Shown one piece after another: positions 38,301 through 50,400 of a DNA stretch of 64,000 nucleotides (its first letter is position 1; every line of letters begins with the position of its first letter). Under the pieces are notes generated by a model, which was not told the origin of the DNA, ran no database searches, and saw only the letters and a program-made list of their open reading frames with translations. A program made the position numbers and the translations under genes. This DNA comes from Cenococcum geophilum (taxonomy: Eukaryota): contig CP158636.1 in NCBI GenBank assembly GCA_050273025.1, positions 7,192,001-7,256,000 on the forward strand, given 5' to 3'.

Positions 38301-41242
38301 CTGTAACTAAGGCATTCCTAGTACTACCTTGTTATTCCCTAATAGTAATATATTAAAAGACATCTTAACTAGTCTTCCTTTAATGGTTAACTAAATAGGT
38401 CCTATTTCGAGATTGATAATGCCTCCTCCGTAGGCTATTAAATCTCCTAAAATTGTTACTAATAGGTAAGGATATTCCTTTTACCTATATAGTAATCCTA
38501 TTCTTTTAACTACTACTAGCGAGATATAGTTCCTTATTACTCCACTATCTATTAATGCCTTAAACTGTTAATCTTGCTACTTAATTCATAAGTTTAGGTA
38601 TTATCCTTAAATTCTCTTAAGGGTCTAAGGCTTTACTACTGGCTCCCTCTAGTCCTATAGGCCTCTACTTTTCCCAACTATTAACTGCTAGATCCTATTA
38701 GTACTTAGTCCAATTTAGGCCAATACTTAGTTCGTTTTTTATCTTTAATATACTATAGACAGGTGTTCTCTAGATATTCCCACTATTATTATCCGTCTAG
38801 GTATTCTTCCGTAAGGAATCTTCCTAGTTAAAGTATTAAGTCCCCTTATTCTTAAACTTCTACTAGGTACTAACTATGTATATACTTAGCATTTCTATAT
38901 TTCGCCTTATCCGTTATTTAATATATCCTTATTAGATACTTCCAATTTTTATCTTTTAGTATTTTATATATATTATACGCATCATCCACGCATGCTATCC
39001 ATAATAGTATATAATATGCTTAGTATTTTGGGTCAACTCTTAGCTTATCTTTATCCTTAAGTTTAAACCTCTCTTATATTGTTCTAAGCGTTATAACTTT
39101 ATTCGCGGGTACTAAGATTTATCTTTCGCTTCTCTAGTTCTCTAATTGCTCCTTTAGATCCTTTAATGTTATAATTAAGGCCCCCTTAATATAAGTTATA
39201 GCCTTCTCTATAATTAGGTAGTCTTAGACAACTTTTTCATCTAACTATATATAGAAATCTTCCTACTTATTATTATGTTGTTATCTATACCACTTTTAGT
39301 ATAGCTGCTTAAGTGTATACGGCTCGTCCGTAAGAAAATATCTCTTTATTACTGCGTTATAATAGCCTTTAGTGTGTCATTCTTCGAACCTAGTAAGAAT
39401 CCCTAAATCCTCTTCTTGTTCCAGTTCGGTAAGCCACTTAGCTCTTAATATGCCTATTTTAGGCCTATTAGTAACTCTTTATACTAGCGCTCTATCCTTT
39501 ATACGTCTCAATATACTAGATCTCTTATCTAGTTTCTGTTCTTACTATAAGGTAATTCTTACCCTAAATTCCTCTATAGTTTCTTTTACGTCGCGTCTTA
39601 CAAGTAGATCCTTAAAGTCTTCGTACTTCTTAATCTTAGTATTAACTTTTTAATCTTTAGGCTAAATACTATGTTCCCCTAGTAAGTCCTCTAGGTCTAT
39701 ATATCTGTCTCCTAATCTAATCGCTATTTGCGCTATAGATTCTCTAATCTATAAAGAAGCCTCTTACCTCTTACTTGTGGGTGTCCTAATTCGTACTCCA
39801 AATTCTTAACCCCTTAGATTCTTTAATCCTAAGCTTGCTTCTAACTTAAGCTTAGCCCCTACCTTAGTCTAACTAGGCTTAACTAGTGTCCTTATCTCCT
39901 CTTAAGAGTCCTAGATCTCACTTATCTCATCTTAAAAGTCTTATACTGTTGGGAATTCTTATCCCAAGCTTATTTATATATCTTTAAACTAAGCTACTAC
40001 TCTACTCCATTAGTTTCTGTCTATTATAGGTCTTTAAACTTACCTTATCTCATCTTAAGAATCTTAGTTATCTCTCATCTCGTCTTAAGAATCTTAAGCC
40101 TTTAGCCTTTTACCTTTATTAAGTGGTAAGCTAGCACTAGCAGTCGTCTACTTACTTAATCGTCTCTAGATATTACTCCTTCCATCTTATAAAGCGATAG
40201 ATGCCGTATTTAATGGTGTTATAATACCTATTACTAAACCTTGCTTTATAGCGGTCTTAGTCTCTACTTTTATTGCGTTATTAAGGTTTAGATACCCCTA
40301 GTTAGTTCCCTTACTATCCTTATCGCTGTTAATTAATAAGTACTCCAACTCTATTATTATTATTACTAATCTTTATCTATATATTGCTATAATATCTTAA
40401 TCTAGCTTATAGAGTTAATCTTATTTTTTATTTAACTCTTTAGTTCCTCTAAGTCCCTTTAACTCTAGCTCTTATAGCTAATAGCTTACACCGTACTTAG
40501 CGTTTTTATAAATCTGGTATGTGTTATTATAACAAAACGCAAAACTTCTAATTAAACACTCTTTTATTCCTTGTAGTATACTATTGTCCCTCTATATATA
40601 TATATTATATACTACTAGTCTAGTTCCCTTTACTGCGTAATAATTCTAACTACTTCTATAGTCTTTAGCGAAATAACCCTGTTTTCCGTAATTTATATAA
40701 GCTCCTTCTTTAAACCATTGCTTCTGTTATAAAGTCTGCTTAAACATCTTCTTCTACTAAGATCCTTAGTTTAGCCTATGCTCCTTAGTCCTATAATCGC
40801 TCAATTTTTAACCTCTAGGTTTTTATAGTTTCTTACTCCATCTCTTATAGGTTTCTTTAGTACCGCTTAGGTCCATTAGCTCTACGCCATACCATAGTTT
40901 CTAATTTAGCTTTAGTTATTACATACTCTACGTCTTATATAACTATAGAACTCTATCCTAGCCTCTTTTAGCCTATTCCCTTTAGAAGATCCTATTGTTA
41001 ATCTTAATTGCTTAATCTATTAATTCCCTTAGGGTATCCACATCTTCCATTAGAATAATTACGTCTTAGACTTTAGCCTTAAGTCCCTGTTTATACTATG
41101 CTATAAGCGCCTTATTATTCCACTTAAGTTATATAGCTAGCGTTTAGAATTATATCGTGTACTTAATTGCTAAAGTCCGTTACGTTAGGTCCTAAAGCTT
41201 TCTTTCCGCTATAGTTGTTACTTCCGGGTCCCCAAATATTTA

Positions 41243-41849
41243 TTATTATTAATTCTATTTATTGCCCGATTCGGTCCCTTTTCTAGGTCCATACAGGCTT
41301 CTACCTTCTATATATAGGAAAAACCCCCTAAAGGGGAAAACCTAGGTGTGTCCTTCCAGCTAGTCTTACGCGCTCCGCCTGCGCCTAGCCTGTATACCTT
41401 TGTACTACGTCTGCCTTTCGAACCATGCTTCCAAGGTGACTTGGAAGATCTAGGGGGGGGTAGTAGGAGGGTTCGGCGATTCGCCTGCGTGTCGCCTTCG
41501 GCTAGGCGGGGGGGTCCAGTCTCTAAGGGGCTGGAAGGGGGCGTATCCTTCGGTGTCCTCCTGTTGGATCTCATTTGCAGTCTGGAATTGCTGGAGGACT
41601 CCTTGGCCTATAAGCCATTGTGCTGCTGCGTATAGACCCCTACTTGTAGAGAGCATTCGGGTGATATCGTTTGTGCCTGCCCTAGCGAATAGCTGGTCTC
41701 TTGCTGTGCGGTGGATGCAGAAGAGTAGTATATGGCGCACTGACTGTGTAGGCCATCCGCACGTGCAGTGTGGTGTAGTATTTGGCACATGGATACTTGC
41801 CAGCCATGCGTTTAGGCCTAGGACCTCCGTCCTTAGTAGGAATGCGGCC
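41243..41849 (-). mobile_element. 5'-truncated Tad1-like LINE (ORF2 C-terminal CCHC finger + 3'UTR)
   Basis: 15-bp TSD gtcccc(a/g)aatattta at 41228-41242 and 41850-41864, (TAA)n tail. ORF 41450-41788 reads CTCGWPTQSVRHILLFC...AAAQWLIGQGVLQQF. Confidence 0.92.
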
Positions 41850-43904
41850 GTCCCCGAATATTTATATAAGTTGTTCTATAAATCCATTCTAGCTTAAAAA
41901 TATAAACCGTACTTCCTGGTTTATTATTATTATTCTATTTGCTTATATCTCTATAAGGTAAGGCTTAAACTATTTAAGTGCTCTTCCTAATAAGAACAAT
42001 CCTGCATATGCTACTTAATCTATAGTTATTGCCAGCTTTGCTCCTTCCTGCGCAACCTTAAAGTATATTTACATAAGGAATCCCTTAAGCTTTAATCTTT
42101 CTCCTAAAAATCTTTTAATTAATAGTAACTTAACCTTTGCTGCTCCTATCCTATTAATCCTATTTTTAAGTGCTGTATTATCTCCCGTTAACTAATTAAC
42201 TATTGTTTATAACTGTCCTACTATTACAGGTTATTATAAGTTAGTATTTACTATACTAGTGTTGTTACCTAATCCTAAAGTAGTTACCGCCGTCAATGGC
42301 GTTGTAGTGGCTGCTTTTAGTGGCATGTTATTTAACTTATTAAAACTATAACCGTGGTAGTAATTATATAACGAAGCCTTATAGTAGGGATTATGGTAGA
42401 CTTATTAATGGGCTAGGTATATAGGTATTATAAGTAAGTTAACAACGTAATAATAACTAGTAGAGTAGTTGCCTAATAGATTAACTCTAATTGTATTCTA
42501 AGAATTACTACAAGGAAGAAACTATCTAGGTAGGGACTAAGGGTCCTTAAATACACAACTGTACTCCTACGAAATCCTTCTTATACGTGATGTACGTTTT
42601 GTACGTAAGGTACGTGAGTTCCCTTTGTTCCTCACGTTCCTCTTATAGCACCTCATATAACCTCGGCTACTATTCTTCGTCACATGGTTTCACGGGTTCC
42701 ATCCTAGACCGTGCTTGTATTAACTAACTAGCTTCTTCTGACTCTTCTCTAAGTAGTCGTAACATTGTACTTAAAGCGTCCGTAACAATTGGCAATTTTA
42801 CTCCTTCTTACGTAACCTTAAAGTGCATTTGCATAAGGAATCCTTTAAGCTTTAATCTTTCCCCTAAAAATCTCTTAATTAAAGGTAGCTTAACCTTTAC
42901 TACTCCTATCCCATTAATCCTTTATTTAAGTATTGCATTATTCTCTATTAACTAGTTAACTATCTCTTATAGTTATCTAACCGTTATAGGTTGTTATAAG
43001 TTAGTATTTGCTATACTAGTATTACCTCCTAACCTTAAAGTAGTTGCCGCCGTTAATGGCGTTATAGTGGCTGCTTTTGGTAGCATGTTATTTAACTTTC
43101 TATATTTAATACTGTAACTAGGTAGTGATTATATAACGGAACCTTATAGTAAGTACTACAATAGGCTCGTTAATAGGCTAGGTATATAGGTAATGTAAAT
43201 TAAAGTTAATAACGTAATAATAACTGGTAAAGTGGTTGCCTAATAAATTAACTCTAATTGTATTCTAAGAATTACTATAAGGAAGGAACTATCTAGGTAG
43301 GGACTAAGGGTCCTTAAATACACAACCGTACTCCTGTAAAATCCTTCTTATATATAATATATGTATGCTCTGTCTGCTTTATTATAGACTCTATAGATTA
43401 CACAGATTATATAGATTACCTTACGTAACTTATACTACCATTCCTCGTTATATAGTTCTATCGGCTCCATCCTAAACCGTGCTTATATTAACCAACTAGC
43501 TTCTTCTAACTCTTCTCTAAGTAGTCGTAATATTATACTTAAAACGTCCGTAATATAGAGCCTCTAGTTGGTTTAGGAAAAGGAGCACCTTTTGTAACGG
43601 CGTATGGGATAACTATAAAATCGAAATTAAGCCAGATAAGGAAAACTCCCTTAGCTATACCCCCCTTTGTTAATAATCTATTGCTAAATTATAGGCTACT
43701 AAGTAGTACCTTATTAATAACCTATATAAAGGATTTATTAAGCCTAGTTAAGCCCCTTTTACTGTACTAATTCTCTTTACTAAGAAGCTAAATAGAGGAC
43801 TTTGTTTCTGTATTAATTACTATAAGCTAAATAATATAACCTATAAGGACCGCTATCCGCTGCCTCTACTTAATAAGACGCTGGCTTAAATAAGTAGAGC
43901 TAAG

Positions 43905-44097
43905 TGTAACGGCTCGAACTATTGCACAAATGCCTTAATGGAGGCTTGTATAAATACTTCCAAGATAAAGCAAACGAATGCTGTATTACGAAGATATTAA
44001 GCTAAGGAGTAAGAGAAGGTGGTGAGCCTATATCTATATATATATGCCAAGTCTTAAGCGAACCCCTAACTAGGTGACGCGCTTCAGCGCCATTACA
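43905..44097. mobile_element. Solo LTR, 193 bp
   Basis: tgtaac...attaca termini with TSD CTAAG on both sides. Interrupts the A2 RT. Confidence 0.9.
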
Positions 44098-47000
44098 CTA
44101 AGGTTTTTATAAAGCTTAATATCCGTTAGGCCTTTTACTAAATTAAAATAAACCCTAGATATATAGATCTTACTATATTTTAGACCTATTCTAAATTATA
44201 TAAATATAAAGTACTTCCTTATAAACTAACTAATAGATTAGCTACATACTAGCAATATATAAATAATATACTCTTTAACTACCTTAATAACTTCTATACG
44301 GCTTACTTAGATAATATTATAATCTACTTTAAGAATAAGTTGGAATATAAGAAGCACGTCTATAAGGTCCTATAACGGCTCCGTAAGGCTAGCCTCTAGG
44401 CTAATATTAGGAAATTAAAATTTAGTGCTAAGCATATAAAGTACCTAGGATATATTATTAGTATAGATAGAATTAAGGCAGACCTAAAAAAGATAGCTGT
44501 GATTAACTAGTAGGTATTCCTAAGGGCCGTAAAGAGGGTATAGTTATTTTTAGGTTTCTATAACTTCTACCAACGCTTTATTAAAAACTATAGTAGGATT
44601 ATCTAGCCCCTTAGCCGCCTTACTTAAAAGAACCGGCCCTTTTACTTTAATACTATATATAAGCAGGTATTTAATAAGCTTAAGAAACGACTAGTCTCCG
44701 CTCCCTTACTTACCTACTTTAACTTAAAATAGCCCTTAATGCTAGAAACCAATGCTTTAGGTAATATTATCGCTAGTATTTATTTCTAGAAGTAAACGAA
44801 CGGAGAATAGTACCCTATTGCTTACTACTTAAAGACTATAGTAAATACTAAGCTAAACTACCTAATTTATAATAAAGAAATGTTGGCTATTATCTCTAGC
44901 TTTTAGTACTGGCGAGTATAGCTAAAAGGGACCTCTAAACCTATCTAGGTAGTTTTAGATTACTAAGCCTTAGAATATTTTATAATAATAAAGGCCCTTA
45001 CGGCTCGGTAGGCGTAATAGACGGATATTCTATCTTAGTTTAACTTCTTAATTATATATAGGCTAGGCGCTATAAACCGTGCAGACGCCCTTATAAGGTA
45101 TAGATAAGACCTAGACGCTTCTATAACTAGAATACCTTAACCCTTAAATATAGATAGAACTAAATACGGACTCTATAGATACTGAGATATATTTTATTAA
45201 CTTTATAGAACTTAACCTTATTAATAAACTACTGTAGGCAAACTATATAGCCCTATCTCTATAGAAGTACTATAAAAAGATAAAGAATATTACTAGCCTA
45301 TAGTCCCTTAAAAATGGATTACTTAAGTACTAGGCTTGGCTAGTAGTAATAAAGGAATAGAACTTATTGACTTAGCTTATCGCTAAAGTATATACCTAGG
45401 TCTCTATAGCCTACCTTAAAAAGAATAAGACTTATAAGATTATTAGTAACCGTTACTACTGGCCCGGAATAGTTATAGATATTAACCGTTATATACGGAA
45501 CTGCAATAGTTACTATAAATCTATAATCCCTTAAGATAAAACCCTAGGACTATTAAAACCACTTCTAATACTAGAACGCCCTAAGTAGTATATATTTATA
45601 GATTTTTATAAGTTACCTATAAATTATAACGGATACGATATAGTTATAATTCTAGTTAACCGCCTTAGTAAGCGCCTATTTTTTATTCTCTATTATAAGA
45701 ATATTAATGCTAAAGAGACGGCCTAACTATATATCTACTATGTCTATTAAATTTACGGACTACTAAATACTATTATATCTAATTATAGGCTGTAGTTTAT
45801 ATTAGCCTTTTAGAACAAATTTACCTAAATTTTAGGTATTAAGCTAAAGCTCTCTATAGTATACTACCCCTAGATAAATAGCTAGATAGAGATTATAAAT
45901 TAATATTTAGACTAGAAACTCTGGACTTTTATTAACTACTTTTAGAATAACTAGGCTAAACTGCTACCCTTAATAGACTATACCCAAGTAACCCCACCCT
46001 ATAACTCTACTAGATTTGCCCCTATTTAACTAGAAATGGGCTACTTACCCTATATAAGCTTTAACTAGAAAAAACTAGAAGGACCCCAGACTGTATATAA
46101 GAAACTATCCTATAAGGAAGCCTAGCAGTACCCTAAGCGCTTAGAAAAAGCCTAGAAATTAATAAAATAGCAGGTAAATAAGTATAGGCGCGAGCCTAAC
46201 TTTGCTATATGCGATATAGTCTAGGTTATAGCAAAGAACTAGAAGATAGAACGGCCTAGCTATAAGCTAGACTATTAGATAGTAGGACCGTATAATGTTC
46301 TTAAGAAGATAGGCAACTTATATAAAGTAAAGCTCCCAGATTTAATTAAGGTCTATTCTATTTTCTCGCTAGATAAGCTACGGAAAGCTATAAATAACCT
46401 ATTACCTAGATAAAAGAATAAACTACCCCTACTAATTTAAGTTAATGGTAACAACGAATAGAAAATTAAAGAAATACTAGCCTGTAAACTTATAAGGGGA
46501 ACGCTAAAGTATTATATTAGTTAGAAAGGATATAACCTAGACCCTGCTTAGTACCGTATATAGAACTTTATAGGTAGTCCCTATAAGCTTTAGAAGTTCT
46601 ATAGCCGTTATCCTAATAAACCTAAACTGCCAAAATACCTAGACAAATGGACATAATGCTAGTATAATAAAGACGATAAGCTACTAGAAGAATATAAAGA
46701 TTAAAACGCCCTATAGATATAATACGGACTATAAAGCCTAAGGGCAGGCTTTTTTTTAGAGGGGGGGGGTTAATGTTATAGTACTAGTAGAACTTAGTAG
46801 AATGCGGTAGAACTTGGCAGATAGCTATAGTTATATAACTTAAAGATTGTATAAAACTTTAAGCGGCGCTGCTTATCTTTTTCCTTTCCTTTTCTCTAGC
46901 TTTGGATTCTTATTTATAGACAATCCAATTATATAGGCTTGTATGCGTCCTTCTTGCTATACTTATGCCTCAATTAATTAAGTTGCTAATACGCTTAATG

Positions 47001-47199
47001 CCTAAGTAGATATAGATATAGACACAGATATAGACATAGGTAGTAGGTAGGAAGGATTAATTTAGATTGTTTAAATAGCTTAAAGTATCCTATATATAAG
47101 ATAGGGCCTAAAATTTAACTAATTTTTATATTTTAACCGCTATAAATACTGGAGTATTAATATACCTTATTTTAAAATCTAGAAAATTTAATATCTTAA

Positions 47200-47298
47200 T
47201 TATTATTCTAATTGTTTTAATTGTTTTAATTGTTTTAATTGTTTTAATTGTTTTAATTGTTCTAATTGTCCTAATTGTCCTAATCGTTTTAATTGTCT
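47200..47298. repeat. 9-bp minisatellite (AATTGTTTT)n, about 10 copies
   Basis: Read directly; variants aattgtcct and aatcgtttt. Confidence 0.9.
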
Positions 47299-47443
47299 AA
47301 AAAGCCTTCTAATGGGTTCCTGATAGGAAGCTAAGTATAAGTATCCTTTAAAGCTTCTAGCAGCCCTAATAGGAGCCTATTAGTACTATTAGGAGGCATA
47401 AATAATTTATTAATAAAAGAGCTTGCCATCTAGTAAAAAGACC

Positions 47444-50400
47444 ACGTTAGGATTTTTTTTTTCGCCATTTAGCTTGCATTTCGCCGCACTTCGCTACATT
47501 TTACTGCATTTAAAAAGACTATAGCCCTTAAGCATCTTATAGGTAGCTATATTTATATAATGTTTAAAAAAAATCTAGATAGCCTATTAGATATTGTTGG
47601 TTACATAAGGGGATATCACGTAGCTACGGTTCGTAGATAGTATAATAATTGTTATTCTTGTTTTAATTCTTAAAAAAAGGGGTAAGGAACTTAAGGTTCC
47701 TCACCACGCTAGTGCCGCGGCGGCACGTGACGGTAACTTGCCGCATATAACGGCAACTTGCTATACGTGGTGGCAATATACCTTATATAGTAACTACTTG
47801 CCTTTATTTCTAACACTGGCAACTCTTCTTTTATAGTTGCTATCTACATATATATACCGCTTGACTAGCGTAACAAATATTAATCCTCCTTACTTACTAT
47901 TGCCATTGCAATATAAGTCTCGCTGTCCCAAAATTTGCCTCTTAGCACGTAGTGCTTTCTTACTTAGGAGTTATAGGTAGATATCTTATTTAGAGGGCCG
48001 CTAAGGCGCTAGTAATAAGCAAGCCAATAGCAATTTTCCATCCTAGGGATGAAAAATCCTAATTAGCTGGGTTAAGTTAGGGTTTACAGAATATTATGCT
48101 TTAAAAAGTCTTAGCAAGAGAATCTAACCAATTAGATAACTTTAACCGCTAGTTAAAGTTCCTAGATATCTTAAGACCTTATATAACTAAGAAATTTCTA
48201 AAGACTCTCTTTTAACCTAACCTTTAACTTATACACGTAGAGTATTTATATTAATAAACGTCTCTAGTACCTTATTTGGGTTCGCCTTCGTTATTGCATT
48301 TACCGGGTTATTTTAGCTATTAATCTATTAAATTTTAAAGAGTTCTTAACGCTTATAGGATTACTAAAGTGCTATAATATTAATTATAAGGCGCTTCTCC
48401 TTTATAGTACTAAGCTTAACTAAACACTCATAGAGGGAATATAAGTTAGTGTATACGATTATAGGGATAACGGAAAATTCAAGTCGATCTATAATTATCT
48501 TTAGGGTAGTTCTAATTGTAATTACTATATTAACTCCGCTAACTATTCTATATATCTCTAACGCTAAAATACTTTAGGTAACGCGCTTACTCTTAGTTAA
48601 GCTCTAATAGATAAAATTGCTATAGATTATAAAGTTATTCTCTCCAGTAAATTCATTCGCGATAATAATCTTATATCCTAATTAGGAGCTAAAATCTTTA
48701 TTATTTATAAACGATTTATTAATAAATATAAAGAGCTTAGCGGTAGGAAGATTAATAGGTACATAGAGTAGTCCCTAATTAAGATGGTTTATTTACTAGA
48801 AAAGACGCTTATTTAGGGCAAGGACATTATCCTTAGTTAATTCCTAGTGTTAGGCGGTAATAGAGAGATTAAATAAAGCCTTAGGTTGATAGATAAAAGC
48901 AATATAAGCTCTATAAGCGCGTTACTCTATATATCCTTACTTTAGAGAATTAGCGTTAATAACGTTAATCTTCTTACCTTAACCCTTTTAGCGCAGAGCA
49001 ATAGAATCCTTGTTTAGGGAGAGAATGCATTTATTAAAGAGTAATAGTGTTATTAAACTAAGATTTTCCTTTAGCTTTGCTATAAGATTTGCCTTTACTA
49101 GCTTATCTTCTTTAAGAGCTAAGAATTGGTCGTCTCCTAAGATAATTATATTATTAGTTTATATGCTAACAATTCTAAATAGAGTTCCTGTAGTTGTAAT
49201 AAGGAAGTAGGGATTAAATATAGAAGTAGTTATTAAAAGCTTCTCTTTATAGTGCTTGCTATAGGTAGCCTACCAGTAAGTTCCTACCTCTGCAATCCTA
49301 TATAATGGCTTAAGCACAACTATAATTATATCTTCAGGATACTAGTGGCGAATTTACTCTGGAAGGTATGCTAATATTAAGCGTTAAAGGTGCGTCTCTA
49401 ATTAGGTATAGGCTTAAGTAATATCTTATAAATAAACCGCCATTCCATTCTTTATTAAGGAGGGAGCTAGCGTAATAATAACTCGCTAACTAGCTTATTA
49501 AATTATAGGAGACTATATAAGAATTACCTCCTTACTATTATCGTTATAGCCTTAGATAATAAGCCTTAATTTCTTAAATGGGGCGTTAGTAGCTTTGCCC
49601 TTAATCTCGTTAACCATTCTTAACTTAAAGATGCGAACTCTATTAAACTTAGTAGGGTTATACTTCTTAAATTTAAAGACTCCTCTTGTAATAAGACTAT
49701 CGATCTCCTACTTATTGGATACTTAAAAAGGAGCTCCTAGAGTTATAATACAACCTTCCTTTTAGAGCTGTTTTATAAGTTTAAAGTTAGCCTTCTCCTT
49801 AGCTGTTATAAAGGCCATTAATAACTTAACTCTATTCTTAATAGCGGCAATAAATTATTCTTTAAAATTAATAAGATATTAGCGATTTTGTAATCCCTTT
49901 AGGCGACCTCTACCGCGTTATAGTTATAGCATATCTACTACAATTATATTAGGATTATAGTCACCTTCTAGAGTATATTAATTATGGTTCTCTTTTAGGG
50001 CATCTTCTAGGGCATCCTATAAAGGCTTAGAATTATTATCTTTATAATAAGGCTTAATAACAGTTAAATAAAATTAAGTAGGTCTGTAAGGCATCTAAAT
50101 AGTATAAGTTTAACTATTAATTATAATAAGTTGGTGTAGGCCTAACTATTCTCCCTTTTTACGCTATACGCGTACCTTAGACTAGAGTGGCAGATTAAGC
50201 ATAGTTAAGGTGTTTAGGCTATTTCTTATTCCTAGTACCTTATTAACCTAGCGTATAGCATAGAGATGTCGCACTTCCTTTATTGCTTTATAAATAGCCT
50301 TGGCTTATTATATAATAGAGGAAAATAGTAAAGAATTGTTAGTTATTTAAGGGTAGGCGCTAAAGACTAGTAATATAGGTATAAGTCTATCCGGGCCAGC

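Larger units (their letters stand above)
34147..42787 (-). mobile_element. Ty3/Gypsy family B copy 3 (nested in the B2 gag)
   Basis: 421-bp LTRs at 34147-34567 and 42367-42787, TSD ATTGG on both sides. Confidence 0.95.
25847..43555 (-). mobile_element. Ty3/Gypsy family B copy 2
   Basis: 424-bp LTRs at 25847-26270 and 43132-43555, TSD TAGAG on both sides. Reverse-complement match to B1. Confidence 0.95.
25592..43608. mobile_element. Non-autonomous TIR element (~300 bp, CMC/EnSpm-like), split by Gypsy B2
   Basis: TIRs cccatacgccgt..aaggtgc.ccttt at 25592 and inverted ending at 43608. 2-bp TSD AT, inferred by comparison with the empty site in A1 (~5735). Confidence 0.75.
24830..46991 (+). mobile_element. 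Ty3/Gypsy family A copy 2 (5'-truncated), host to multiple nested insertions
   Basis: Aligns to A1 from ~5155 onward in segments 24830-25072, 25251-25591, 43609-43904 and 44098-46773. G-run PPT, 3' LTR 46774-46991. Confidence 0.92.
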
